Assembly: GCF_001194135.2 (NCBI RefSeq)
Contig: NC_069003.1
Coordinates: forward strand, 19,732,188-19,796,187
DNA length: 64,000 nucleotides
Source: Octopus bimaculoides
Taxonomy: Eukaryota
Reading direction: 5' to 3'
Part shown: piece by piece, positions 1 through 12,128 of the stretch
How the letters are laid out: every line of letters begins with the position of its first letter
How positions within the stretch are numbered: the stretch's first letter is position 1
The notes under the pieces: model-generated
Seen by the model: only the letters and a program-made list of their open reading frames with translations
Database searches by the model: none
What the model was told of the DNA's origin: nothing
Program-made: the position numbers and the translations under genes

Positions 1-1855
1 CAGACATTAAATGATGATGATGATGATATACATGTGTGTGTACACACACACACATTCCCCTGGTCTTTTTGACAACAAACCACACAACAGCCAGACATGA
101 TTTTAATGTAGACATAAACATTAACACAGCCTAAATGGTAACATGGTAACATTGTTTTATGCTTTAAGCATGCAAAACAATGTCAAAACACAGATAGGAA
201 GACAGACATACAAATACTTGCAGGATCTAATACAGCTTCTGTCTATCAATTTCACTCACAATGTGTTAGTTACCCGGAGGCTATAGTAGAAGACACTTGG
301 CCAAAGTGCTACAGAGCAAGTACAAATTCAAAACCATAAGGTTACAAAGCCAAGTTCTTTACCATACAGTTATGTCTGTACCAATTCCAGAATAATCCAT
401 TTTAAACTATTTCTGTGTAAACATTTTCAAACAGGCTTTATTATGTTAATCATATTTCTTCATCTTAGAAGGCTTTAAACAAAAAAACCCAACCCTTTAT
501 GCACATTTTCCCCCCGTTGATAAAGAAATGGAAAAGAAAATTCCTTACATAATGTGAGAGGGAGAGAGAAATAGTTAATATATGACATTAACACTGAGGA
601 TAGTTTGGATGTAATCTCACTCAACAATAACAACACCTACTGTGACTGCCACCACGAGCACCATAAAGAATTATCTGTATCATGTCATTATCCAAACTCA
701 GAGCTGCAAAATATGAGAAGTCACAGCCAAAAGATTTGCAAAGATCAAATGTTTTTCATTAAAGAGGTTTGCTATGAAAACGTCCATGCCAGTTACTGTG
801 ACCACCTCATTACTAGAAAAACTTTCTCCAGCAAATCAAATCAACATCCAAGACAGAACAAAGAATCTGGCTATGTTTTTGTGTACCTGTGCCTATCAAA
901 TTGCTATTTTTAATAATATAAGAAACTCATATAAATTTTTATGTTGATGCCACAACCCTAATATGAGTTTCTGCAAATAGGGTTGCTCTGATGTTGATGC
1001 TTGGTCTTGCTTTTGGCTTCTTTTTATTTTCTTAACCCATTTACTTTCTTTTCTGTCTTTATTACTTTTAGTTATTGAACTGCAGCCATGCTGGGGGACT
1101 GCCTTTAAGAGTTCTAGTTAATCGTATTGACCAATACTTGCTCTACCTTCACCTTTGCTCTGCTGTCAATCATCATTCCCACCTGATACTTGTTATTGAT
1201 ATCCATCATTAACTTTCACTATTTTTTTGAGCTCTTGGACTCATAACACCAGTGACATGGTTTACATGGTATACAAGTGACTGAGATCACATCGTTCCCC
1301 CACTCCTGAATGGAATGCCGATACACTGCAGACTTCAATGCCAGCAGTTTTGATAGGAGGGAGCAAGTCATTTACGTCAACCCCAATACTTGACTGGTAC
1401 TTTATTTTATTGATTCCAAAGGGATGAATGGCAAAGCTGACATCAGAGTTAAGAACTCAGTACATAAAGATTTAGAAGAAATGCAGCTTGGCATTTTTGT
1501 CTGACATGCTAATGATTCTGCCAGTTTGCCACCTACTCTTACCATTATTCACCTCTATTACTATCCAGCCCTCTCTCCCACTCCCAACCATTCTGTTTCT
1601 ATTATCATGCTCTTGTTCCTTTCAACCATCAGTCCTAGTTCTTTTTTCATTGCTCTCTCTTCTGTTCACCTTCTCAAACACATTGTCTAAGAGAATATGA
1701 ACATGTCATAGAATATACAGGATTCCTAACTCTTACAGGGTACAAGGTAACTTCACGAGTGCCGGTGCCGTAATAAAATGCACTTGGTACACTCTGTTTA
1801 GTGGTTGATGATAGTAAGGGCATCTGGCCATAGAAAACAAGTCAAATATGAAATG

Positions 1856-2330
1856 TATTAGATTGTCAGAAAATTCATTCACTCCCTACCCGATTATTTT
1901 CGTCATTTTTCATCAACAATTTTAATAAATCAGCCAATAATATATTCTCCCTTATTGTTCATGATTCCTTGCTAGTGTTCTGCTAGCTTGTCAATGCCTT
2001 GATGATAAAAATCATTGGGTCTTGATTCAAAGAATTCATTGAGTCACATTTACAGTTTCATATTGCTGTTGAACAAAACACCTCACAGACTGTTGGAGTG
2101 TGATCATAAAATATGATAATTTCAAAGTGCTATATCAGGAGAATTTGGCAAGTGCAGTAGAACTTCACAACAAAGTTCTCAAATAGCATTTTCGGTCAAT
2201 TTAGCAGAAGTGGGTATTGTTGTGTTGGAGAAGTACACCATGTTGCTGGTTGGGTTGTTTTAGCTGGATTGCCTTGATGAGCAATAAAACATTATGATAA
2301 ACGTAGAATATTCACTACCTAAAAGTGGAT
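1856..2330 (-). mobile_element. mariner transposon relic (3' part plus TIR)
   Basis: Minus strand translates to decayed mariner C-terminal motifs (LHLPNSPDIA..YH; LNEFFESRPNDFYHQGIDKLAEH*QGIMNNKGEYII) with stops; TIR-like TATTAGATTGTCAGAAA at 1856. Confidence 0.75.
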
Positions 2331-3362
2331 GCTGTGTTAGAACACACAAACACTGCAATATTTACCAAGAGAAAAAAGAACTTCCATATGGTTTTAGGGT
2401 GCATAAAAGCACATCATACCTATTGCCAACGGCAGACAATCACCACTACTGCTGCTGCCAGAACTACCAGATCACATAATTTTAGCTTCTTTTGATGGTG
2501 AATATTTTACCTTTTGCAATTAATACCGCTTATGTCATACTATTTACTACGATATAAGTACTTTTCTTGTTAATTCAAATAATATTGGAAAGAAATAAAA
2601 GAACATAACTGGGAACCCAATAAATGAGACATGGTTCTCCAAGCAATTTATGAGGGTAATAACCCTGATAAAAGAACTGACATGGACTGTGACAATTCAT
2701 TCAACATATGCCAGCACAGAAAGCCGATGTCAAATGGCAATCGCAATGCCTATCCAGTTATTAGCTACTCTGATGATTAAATATAGTTAGTTCTACTAAA
2801 TGGTAAGTAGAAGTTAAAGGCTGAACTAAAAGTCAATTTAACAACAAAATCACTGTAGCTCCCCTCCAAAAACACAACCGACACAAATAAAAATAGAATA
2901 TTTGATAAAATCCTATGAAATAATTTCAGTTCACATACAAGTACTCACAAACTGAGTCTGTTTCACGTTCATTACCATTTTTCTTTTTAAACAAAAGACT
3001 TTTTTTTACTGATTTCAATCACATCCAATGGTACTATTTCATCAATGCTTACCAAATTGCTAAGTTATGCTTTGACATAAAGAGAGACAGTGATGGTTTT
3101 AGACTAGTAAACATAAACATATGTGTATAAATATATGTATATTTTTAGAACAATGGCCAGAAAAATTAGTTTGCAACACAGTTCCACTTTCCTCGTAATA
3201 TACACCTTTGAAAATCAACAAATGTGAAACTGGTTAAGTGCATTTGTCTGTATATTATACATATATATTTCGCTTTAGCATTGCAAGACTAATAACCTGG
3301 TATAGAACTCAATATACATATGCTTCAGAATGAAACAATGGTCAAGTACAGAGGAGTAATAA

Positions 3363-3561
3363 GAAAATGAGATGACAAAGGAATAAATGATTATCTTATG
3401 AACTTCATTAGCATACAACTGTTTCTGCTATAAGATGAAGTGGACTCATCATTGGGTTACTGAGGCTTCAAACTATGAGTCCACTGCATCTTATAGCAGA
3501 AACAGCTGTAAGCTAATGAGGTTCATAGGATAACTGTTTATTCCTTTGTCATCTCATTTCC
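3363..3561. repeat. fold-back inverted repeat, 87-bp arms, 25-nt spacer
   Basis: 3363-3449 vs reverse complement of 3475-3561: about 9 mismatches in 87 bp. Confidence 0.9.
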
Positions 3562-4611
3562 TTTTATACACACACACACACATATTCTGTGCATTTTCAA
3601 CTTCATTTATTTCTTCTACTTGTTTGGACCAGTAACAATTTGTGCATGTGTGTGTTTGTGTATGTGTGTACACACACACATAAATCGTAGTAGGAAACAT
3701 TTACTCAAAAAAGCATGCAGTAAAAATCAAACCTGGAACTGAACGGTTGCAAAGTTAAACTTCTCAACCACACAGTTTAAATACCTAAAAGTTATTTTCT
3801 TAAATTAAGCGGAAGTAACATACATTTCAAAAGTTTTAGTCATCAAATTGATCAGCACTCTGGAAAAGAATAAAAAGAGAGAGAAACAAAAATGGCTTTA
3901 GTAAAATTTCTTCACATGATTAAATTAGAATATCATTTAAATATATTAGATTTAATGAAAAGATCTGATACATATATTGTTGTTTAAACTCAAGCTTAGT
4001 CTGATAACCAGAATACCAATATATAAACTTTGTTGTGTAGAGAATGATCATGGCCATTTTGGGGGTCTTCAGAGCCAGCTAAAAAATCATGATGCTGCTA
4101 TACTCTCCTGAGCCTGTGGCATTCATCAACACCAGATATGTTGCTTTGATTTGTCTCTGTTATCATGCCAGTATAGCAAAGAGGGTCTCTGAGGTACAAT
4201 GTAAGACTTACTAGACTAAAAAGGCAGTGCTGCCTTTCATTTTGTCAGTGATGAAGACCCTAAGACAAGAGGGGACAACTATCATTGTGTGTGCTGATGT
4301 GTGTAGGTCTGTGCATGGAATGTTGACATTCCATGCTTGCCACCAATCAAGTGAACTGGTGAGGATGTTGATATTCTTTGGTGATATAATGACATTTCAA
4401 AGTTGTTATGCATTTTTAAAGACCAATAGAATAAAAAGAAATCCCTGAATTGAAAAACAAATAAGGGTTGTCAGCAGGAAGAATATCCAGCCATAAAATC
4501 ACACCTCAAATAACACTCCTTCCAATGTATATGCATACATACATATGTACATACATACAGGGTAATTCAGAAATCCTCTTCAGCATTTAGGTTATAAGTA
4601 AAATTTTAATT

Positions 4612-4995
4612 ATTTATTACCTCCGCCAAGGAAGGAGGTTATATTTTCATCGGCGTTGGTTTGTCCATCTGTGTGCAAAATAACTCAAAAAGTTGTGAAC
4701 GGTATTTGATGAAACTTGCAGGAAAAGATGGTAACGACACAAGGAACAGATGATGAAATTTTGGTAGCGATCCGGGAATTTTTATGGATTCTTGAAGGAT
4801 TTTACATTTGTTATATTTACTTTACATGAAGTATTACAATGTTACATTCTTTGATCATCTCCCTTGAAAACAAATTCATGGTTTCCACGTAACCTATGGT
4901 GGCGTTGCTGTTTTCAAAGTTTATTTTCATTTCTCTATTAGAAATTTTACTTGTGTATCTATCTTAAAATGAGCTGCTTGGCGGAGGTCTGCAAC
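4612..4995 (+). mobile_element. Helentron-associated (HINE/DINE-like) non-autonomous element
   Basis: Perfect 11-bp subterminal inverted repeat CCTCCGCCAAG (4620-4630) / CTTGGCGGAGG (4977-4987); GTTTGTCCATCTGT-type tract after the 5' repeat. Family assignment is from recognising the architecture. Confidence 0.55.
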
Positions 4996-5670
4996 ATCAT
5001 GCCAGACACACATAAAGGAGGAAAGTGACTTCACGGCATTCAAACGATCCCTAGTTATTTTATTAGTTTTATTTTTATACATTTTTTTATGCTTTGAATA
5101 CTTTCTTTGCCAGTTTGTTGTAAACATATTTTGATGTGTGCGTGCATGTGTGTATTCTAGGTTTTTGAAAAATGTTGATGTTGAAAGATGACACAATTTT
5201 TCATTATCCCTAAAGTGGCACAAGAGTTAATTCTGTTCATTCGGCTGTGTATACCTAGTTCAACTGCCCACTGATCCCAGCAGCTTGCTGCATGAACAGC
5301 AGAGTATGAGACCAGTTATCCTAGAATCTCCAGGCCTTAACAATCAACTGTGGGAGACTGAGTCTGAGGTGGTTTAATGAATGCAATTTGATAGGATTGT
5401 GATGACTGTGATGAGGGAGTGGGTGGTATGACAGGGGGAGAGAAAGAAGTAGGGGAGAGAGGAGATGTACGTTTAGAAGTTCAATTGACCTTGGTTGTTA
5501 TATTAATGCTGAAGGTATTGCTCTGTGGCTAAGAAGTTCACTTTCCAACCACAAGGATCTGGGTTCAGTCCTACTGTGTGGCATCTTGGACAAATGGCTT
5601 CTATAGCTTCAGTCTGACTAAAGCCTTGTCAGTGGATTTAGTAGATGGGTACTGGAAGAAACCCATCGAT

Positions 5671-5719
<49 letters not shown>

Positions 5720-6013
5720 ATGCGTGTGTGTGTGTGAGTGTCCCTGTCTCACTGCCCTTGTCCTGACATAACAGGATAGTCTTTAAGTGAAGGTTGCCAT
5801 CAAACAGCCCAAGTCATTTGTTTCCAGTCTTCCATGAAAAGATGTCGAACCACAGAGAAATATTTATTACTTTGCTTGGAAACATGAGGTTTGGCAACAG
5901 GAAGGTCATCCAGTCATAGAAATGTGCCTCAAAGAATTCCATCTGACTCATGCAAGCATGGAAAAGTAGACATTAAAACAATGGCAATGATGATGATAAT
6001 CATCATCATTTAA

Positions 6014-6222
6014 CCCTTTTGATATCAACCTACCTAAGATGGTCCCAGATTCTACAACATAAACTTGCTGTTTTAAAGTGATCTAAATTATAATCTTCCA
6101 TTGAAATTTCATGCTAATTTGTTCCAGACTGCAGCTTAATAATGAGAAAGTTATTTTATTAAATTCATTATTTTTAAAATTAATTTAAACAAAGGCAGCA
6201 TGTATAAACAGAAACAAGAGGG
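6014..6222. mobile_element. piggyBac-type MITE
   Basis: TTAA at 6010-6013 and 6223-6226, CCCT...AGGG ends; related copy in opposite orientation near 47630-47825. Confidence 0.7.
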
Positions 6223-6387
6223 TTAAACCACCCTGCATGTTTTCATCAAACTTAATATCAACATACAATTATATTTAAAATATATCACAAGGTGCTTCTA
6301 AGTTATCTTTACAACTTTCACAGTTTATTGTATCTAGCAAAGTTGAGATCCATCAACTTCTTTACAATCAATGGATTCTGTATTTAA

Positions 6388-7209
6388 CCCTTTCGTTACT
6401 ATATTTCTGACCAAAATTCTCCACATACTGGGGGGGNNNNNNNNNNNNNNNNNNNNNNNNNNNNNNNNNNNNNNNNNNNNNNNNNNNNNNNNNNNNNNNN
6501 NNNNNNNNNNNNNNNNNNNNNNNNNNNNNNNNNNNNNNNNNNNNNNNNNNNNNNNNNNNNNNNNNNNNNNNNNNNNNNNNNNNNNNNNTGAAGATGGAGA
6601 GGAGTTTCATGCTATCAAGCAGTGATTCCAAATTTGAAGGTTTTTCAACAGAAGATATGGAGATATCGAAGAAAAGAATGAATGAGCTACAAAAGCACGT
6701 GGTGAACGATAATAAATCGGATATTTCTGTATCCGAAACTGAAAGCAGCGACGGCGACAGCGAGGATGATTTTACACCAGAAAAAGATTTTAAAAATATT
6801 TTTAAAATCTTTTTCTGGTGTAAAATCATCCTCGCTGTCGCCGTCGCTGCTTTCAGTTTCGGATACAGAAATATCCGATTTATTATCGTTCACCACGTGC
6901 TTTTGTAGCTCATTCATTCTTTTCTTCGATATCTCCATATCTTCTGTTGAAAAACCTTCAAATTTGGAATCACTGCTTGATAGCATGAAACTCCTCTCCA
7001 TCTTCAAAGTTGAAAAAAATCAACGCCACAAAAAATGTGGAAAAAAATTTTCCAAAATTCCCTGAGTTCAAATATCATGCCAAACAATGTCGGAGACAAT
7101 AACTTAACTGTTTGCAAAGTGAATGTATTAACGAGATTTGGGTTCAAATATACATTTAAATAACAATGGGTATGCTCGGCCGGCTACGGCCGGGTTAGTA
7201 ACGAAAGGG
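6388..7209 (-). mobile_element. young non-autonomous piggyBac-like element with internal fold-back
   Basis: TTAA flanks at 6384-6387 and 7210-7213; perfect 13-bp TIR CCCTTTCGTTACT / AGTAACGAAAGGG; acidic piggyBac-like N-terminal ORF (SSDSKFEGFS...SESESSDGDSEDD); CpG-rich; contains N-gap 6437-6588. Confidence 0.85.
6589..7006. repeat. spacerless palindrome, arms at least 209 bp, centre 6797/6798
   Basis: ORF track gives the same 104-aa peptide on both strands (6594+ and 7001-); centre AAAAAT|ATTTTT; left arm runs into the gap. Confidence 0.95.
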
Positions 7210-7380
7210 TTAAGTGTTCTGATGTTTCTAATAAAACTTTGTCTGCCTATGTTTTCCAATAAACTCTGCTGAATTATCCTAATTTTTCATTTTTTCCTGA
7301 ATTTTTACAAATTGTAAAGGTAATTTATGGACACCCTGTATTACAGGAAATTATACATTAAACATTATAAATTTACTCAC

Positions 7381-7732
7381 CACCATCTCGTTAGAACTTT
7401 TGCGATGTTGTGAAGGAAGAACTGTAGTGTTGTTCTCATTAGATAATTTCAAAGTTTCCTGTCTGTTTTGTGTGAGAGTCTGTTCCAAAACGTCTGGTGA
7501 ATCACGTTGTGGTGGTGTTTGTCTTTTGTCGACTGGTGATGCAGGAGCAGCCTGGACAGTGCTGACTGTGTTGTTCGAAGCAGCACTGCTCTCTAATGGA
7601 GGGCTCCGTGCAACCACCAGTTCAACCGGGCCACGTGCGCTCTTCAAAAGCTGTATGGCAGCTTTGTGTGAGAAGTCTAATGGCTGACCATCAATGGCCA
7701 AAATCTGATCTCCTTTTTGTAGCCTTCCATCT
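7381..7732 (-). CDS. MPDZ: internal exon of a multi-PDZ scaffold (MPDZ/PATJ-like): second half of PDZ1 plus S/T/P-rich linker
   Basis: Acceptor tttttcag at 7740-7733 and donor GTG|gtgagt at 7381/7380; 352 nt (phase 2 in, phase 0 out); peptide (R)DGRLQKGDQILAIDGQPLDFSHKAAIQLLKSARGPVELVVARS...SSNEMV resembles MPDZ/PATJ PDZ1 (RDGRLKETDQILAINGQALD...VQLVIARG). PDZ call is strong; the MPDZ vs PATJ symbol is less certain. Confidence 0.8.
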
Positions 7733-7834
7733 CTGAAAAAGACAAAAAGATGAAACATATATAAGTAAAATCATAATACTGTAGTTAAGGGTGGTCATTG
7801 CCCATGGGTTCAAACTCTACCGACGTCAACTCAA

Positions 7835-8040
7835 CCCTTTAGTATTTAAACTGGCCTTATCTGGCCAAAATATTCTACCTGTTTTATCTTCAAACTGGCC
7901 AAATCTGGCCCCTCACACCTACTCTACAATGTCATTCTAAATATTACCACATCATCAAACTCTTGAAGCTACAAGATAATTTTAAAACAATGTGAATAAA
8001 TAAGCATTACATTTAACAGAATAATCTGAATGTGAAATGG
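7835..8040. mobile_element. piggyBac-derived MITE (CCCTTTAG family)
   Basis: Ends CCCTTTAGTATTTAAACTGGCC...ATAATCTGAATGTGAAATGG|TTAA; homologous to 42503-42718, 51026-51242 and to the termini of 9748-11625. Confidence 0.7.
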
Positions 8041-8588
8041 TTAAAATACTAAAATATCATACCAGTTAACTACAGGGGTCAGTTTCATTGACTAACACTC
8101 TCCCTCAAAATTTCAGGTGTTATACCAACTTAAAAACAACTATTACTTTTTTTCTTTCATTGTTACAGCAATAATCTTTCAAGTTATCTTTCAATGTTCT
8201 TTTTCCTTAAACGAATAAACTATTTATGGTTTTTTTGTTATTTTTGCATTATTTCTTTTGATCAAATGTTCAGATTAGTTTATCAAAACAATAAATCTTA
8301 CCACAATCATCACAAACATACGATGATGATTATGAGGAGGAGGATGGTGATGATTAATATGATGATAGTAACAATGAAAAACATGATTACAATGATGGTA
8401 ATAATGATGATTAATATCTAGAAATAGCTGTAGGTATGGGTGTGTGGCTAATAAGTTCACTTCCCAAGTATCTAGTTTCAGGTTCACTCCCACAGCAATG
8501 CATTTTAGGAAAGTGTCTTCTACTATAGTCCTGGGCTGAGCAAAACCTTGAGAGTGGATTTGACAGACAGAAACTGAAAGAAGTCTCT

Positions 8589-8619
<31 letters not shown>

Positions 8620-8914
8620 ACATATATATATATATACATATATACACACACACATGAAGAGTATATAGGTATAACTTATCCAGGCAGGTACCATATGAGC
8701 ATTCAAGTATGGTCCAGATTCAGGCTACCACAGTGAGTTGTGGGAAGCACCTAGGATTGCTTAGAGTGAGCAATCCCACCGAAACTCATCTGATGGGTAA
8801 ATCCTGGGTTTGCCGTACTGGATTATGAATATTTTCAGGATTCTAAATCCAAAACAATTACAAAGAATATGGAGACTGGTACATCTTCAAGTTAATCTTT
8901 TAATTTCCTAATTA

Positions 8915-9747
8915 TGAGGGGATTCTGAAAAATTCCTAGCTTGAAGGGTACCACAAAAGGGTAGAGATGTTACCTCTTCAGGGAAGGTTGAGTAACTGTT
9001 TAAGAGAATATATGCAAAAATTTATGATAGTATACAATATATTTTTCTCCTTTTTGCAGATTTAATGAAAATGAAGCACAGGCAGTCATGAAGTTCTTCT
9101 TTTTGCAAGGCGAAATCCATGACAAGATGAAGGAAGTCTTGAAGAATGTGTGCCCATCTTACTCCACAGTGAAAATCTGGGTATCAAGGTTTCAGACTGA
9201 TGATTTTGAGGTCACAGATGAACCCTGGTCAGGATGGCCAACTTTCACGACCTCAGAGGACAAAAACCAATGCGGTTCATGGCATGATTCTCAAGGACCA
9301 CTAGACTTCAGCAGAAGTCATGGTTGAGACACTGGGAATTTCCCACGAAAGAGTTAGCCACATCATTTACGACATTCTGGGCATGAGAAAACTTTCTGCA
9401 AAATGGGTGCCGAAATGCCTAAACACAGATCAGAAGCACATCAGAGTGACACCATTAAAGGCAATTTTGAATCAGTTTGCAGTGAGAGGAGCTGATTTCA
9501 TGGCTCATTTAGTCACCATGGATAAAATTGGCTTCATCATTATGCTCCTCAAACCAAGCAGCAATAAATGGAGTGGTGCCACAGAGGTTCACTGTGTCCC
9601 AAGTAGTTTCGGACCCAGAAGTCAGCTGGAAAGATTCTGGCTTCAGTGTTCTGGGACAAAGATGGAGTAATCCTCATAAAATACCTGCCAAGCAGTCACA
9701 CCATCAACACAGAATGTTTCTGTTGGATGAACTCTGTGAAGCATTAG
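8915..9747 (+). mobile_element. mariner transposase pseudogene, 5' part
   Basis: Frameshifted ORFs: MKFFFLQG...PSYSTVKIWVSRF...DEPWSG, ETLGISHERVSHIIYDILGMRKLSAKWVPK, VTMDK; TA-TGAGGGG terminus at 8913-8921. Confidence 0.85.
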
Positions 9748-11625
9748 CCCTTTAGTGTTTAGACCAGCCATAACCAGCTGAAAATTATTCCCCTTTATTT
9801 GTTAGAACTGGCCAAATCAGGCCTTATGATTTCTCTACAAAATCACTAATAAAATAAACAGATCACATTATTGAATTCTTGCAGCTTTGAGATAATACGA
9901 GATAAAGCCTTTCCCGTCTTTATTCAAGTAAAAATAAGGTGAAATTTTTGAGACTTCTTGGTTTTTTTCAACATTTGAAGAGAAGTGTATATCTTAGTTT
10001 TTAATGATATGGCATCAGCAAGTAGCAATTCCAACTTTGAAGGTTTTACATGTACGTAATATATACGTAAACAACAGTGATTTGTCTTTGGATGAATCTG
10101 GTATTGACATTTATGAATCTTTGTCAGACGAAGACAATTTTGATAATGAAAGAAATGAAAATGAAATTGAAAACATTACAGCAACATGGTTGAAGATTAC
10201 TACATCAACCACAATTCCTGATTTCACAGAAAATACTGGTCTACAACATAGTCTACCTCTTGATGCTCAACCACTGGACTATCTATTTTTTAAAATTTTA
10301 TTAAAGAGATTTTTTTTTTCGAAACAGTCACGGAAGAAACAAATAAATATGCTCAATGCATAATTTCTATTCATGGAAGAACCCGATCCACTATGGCAGC
10401 CAACTGATACTGCAGAAATGTGAGCTTTTTTTTACTCTGAACATCATGTTTGCTATGAAGCAGCTTCCTCAACTGTGAAACTACTGGAGTCCTCATATAA
10501 GGTATGGTGATCCATATATTTCCAGCATTAGTCTAACTGTAGTGAATTCCTATATTGTGTATGTAAAAAAAAACACAAGGTACCGCCACCACGAAAGGAC
10601 AATAAACAATTGAAATTTCAAGTTGACATTGCATCTCAGTTACACAAGGCTTTTCTTCCAGAATGCACAGAACTGGGAGAAAAGCAAAATTAACTGAGGT
10701 GGATGTCAACAGAGAAAATATTGACTTCCATAAAGTGGAAACAAATAAATAGAAGGTAAAAAGTTTGCAGACTATATTCGCTGCAAAAAAGAAAGGCTGC
10801 GAAAGGATATCAGGTTGCAAGACCTCATATATGTGTTCGTTTTGCAAAGTGCCTTTGTTTAAAGGGTGCTTTACACAGTTTCATGATAGAAATATGGCAT
10901 AATTATATTTTGTTGTTTGATAGTAACACTATCATATATTCCTTTCATTTTATTACAAATAATATGTGAAAGTTGGAAATACATATTAATTATCAGTAAT
11001 ACATATTAATTTTCAGTGTATTTCAGAATACACCTGTATTCACTTTTGCCTCACCTGTTAATGAGATTTTTTTATTAGATGCATTTTGTATTGTAAATGT
11101 ATCCATTAAATTGTATAAGAGTACATACATAGCCAATGGTATATTGACTAATAAAAGACTTTTGTACATTATTTTCAATGGAAATGCTTGAATGAAATAT
11201 AGAGAAAGAATAAAATCTTCTACCTATTATACCTGTATTTTAATTAATTCAAATTAACGTATCTCATCTTGAAAAGTGGCAAAATTGTTGGCAGTTGACA
11301 TCTGGGATAACTTTAGTGGCAAATCAAACAGGTAATATGCATTAAGAATTTCAATTTTAGTGTTTATCCATAATGTTATTGCTTTTAAATTACCTGCCCA
11401 TAAAAGTCAATTTAATCAGCGAGATCAGCTAACATTACATAACTATAACCAATCTATAACTATAACTGGTATATAAGCACCCACTGACAAAATTTCAAAT
11501 CTGCATGTAAACAATTAACAAAGTTACAAGCAAATATTGTGGACATCCCTCTTGAACCCGAATAATTCAAAATAACATGAACAAATAAGCATTATATTTG
11601 ACAGGTTAATCTGGACACTAAAGAA
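9748..11625 (+). mobile_element. internally deleted piggyBac transposase relic nested in mariner
   Basis: Termini CCCTTTAGTG / CACTAAAGAA flanked by TTAG/TTAA; peptides MASASSNSNFEGF, W..PDFTENTGL..PLDYLF..ETNKYA, WQPTDTAEM..LPQL.NYWS, and C-terminal CKVPLFKGCFTQFH. Confidence 0.85.
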
Positions 11626-11960
11626 TTAAAGCAGAAATGTCATGGTGCCCTGTTTTTACAGGACGATGAACCAGCACACACATGAAACTCTACAGAAAAT
11701 ATGTGACTTTAGCTTTGAATTGGTAGACCACCCATCTTACTCTCCTGATTTGGCCCCCTCTGACTATCACCTCTTTCCACAACTGAAAAAACATCTCAAG
11801 AGAACGAAATTTCACTCTGATTCAGAAGTGATTGTTGCTACAGAGGACTGGTTGGAGGCCCAACCTTCAAGGTTTTTTTTTTACAGGGCTTAGAAAACCT
11901 GAAGGACTGCTGCAATAAGTGTGGGAATATGAGAGGGGAATATGTTGAATAAAATCATAA
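11626..11960 (+). mobile_element. mariner transposase pseudogene, 3' part
   Basis: LVDHPSYSPDLAPSDYHLFPQLKKHL (D,D34D-type motif) continuing the 8915-9747 element. Confidence 0.85.
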
Positions 11961-12090
11961 TTAACTGAACACTCCAGTATTTTCTTTTACCCAAAACCAT
12001 ATGCAACCTATTATTCTCTGCTATCCACCTTTATTCAGGACCTTTCCACCAATATGTATGCATGTACATGCATGTGTGTGCATGAGGCAT

Positions 12091-12128
<38 letters not shown>

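Noticed and set aside
2765-2830. CTGATGA as a hammerhead core
   Set aside because: No stem II plus GAAA or stem I partner nearby.
6594-7007. Identical 104/106-aa ORFs on both strands as a gene pair
   Set aside because: A consequence of the palindrome; only the first ~68 codons resemble a piggyBac N-terminus and the rest is read-through of the inverted arm.
8721-8790. Possible HDV-like ribozyme (hairpins CCAC/GTGG and GGATTGCT/AGCAATCC, pseudoknot GTGAGTT/AACTCAT)
   Set aside because: I could not place a P3/L3 with P1.1 in the required order; the pairings may be chance or a decayed retroelement 5' structure.
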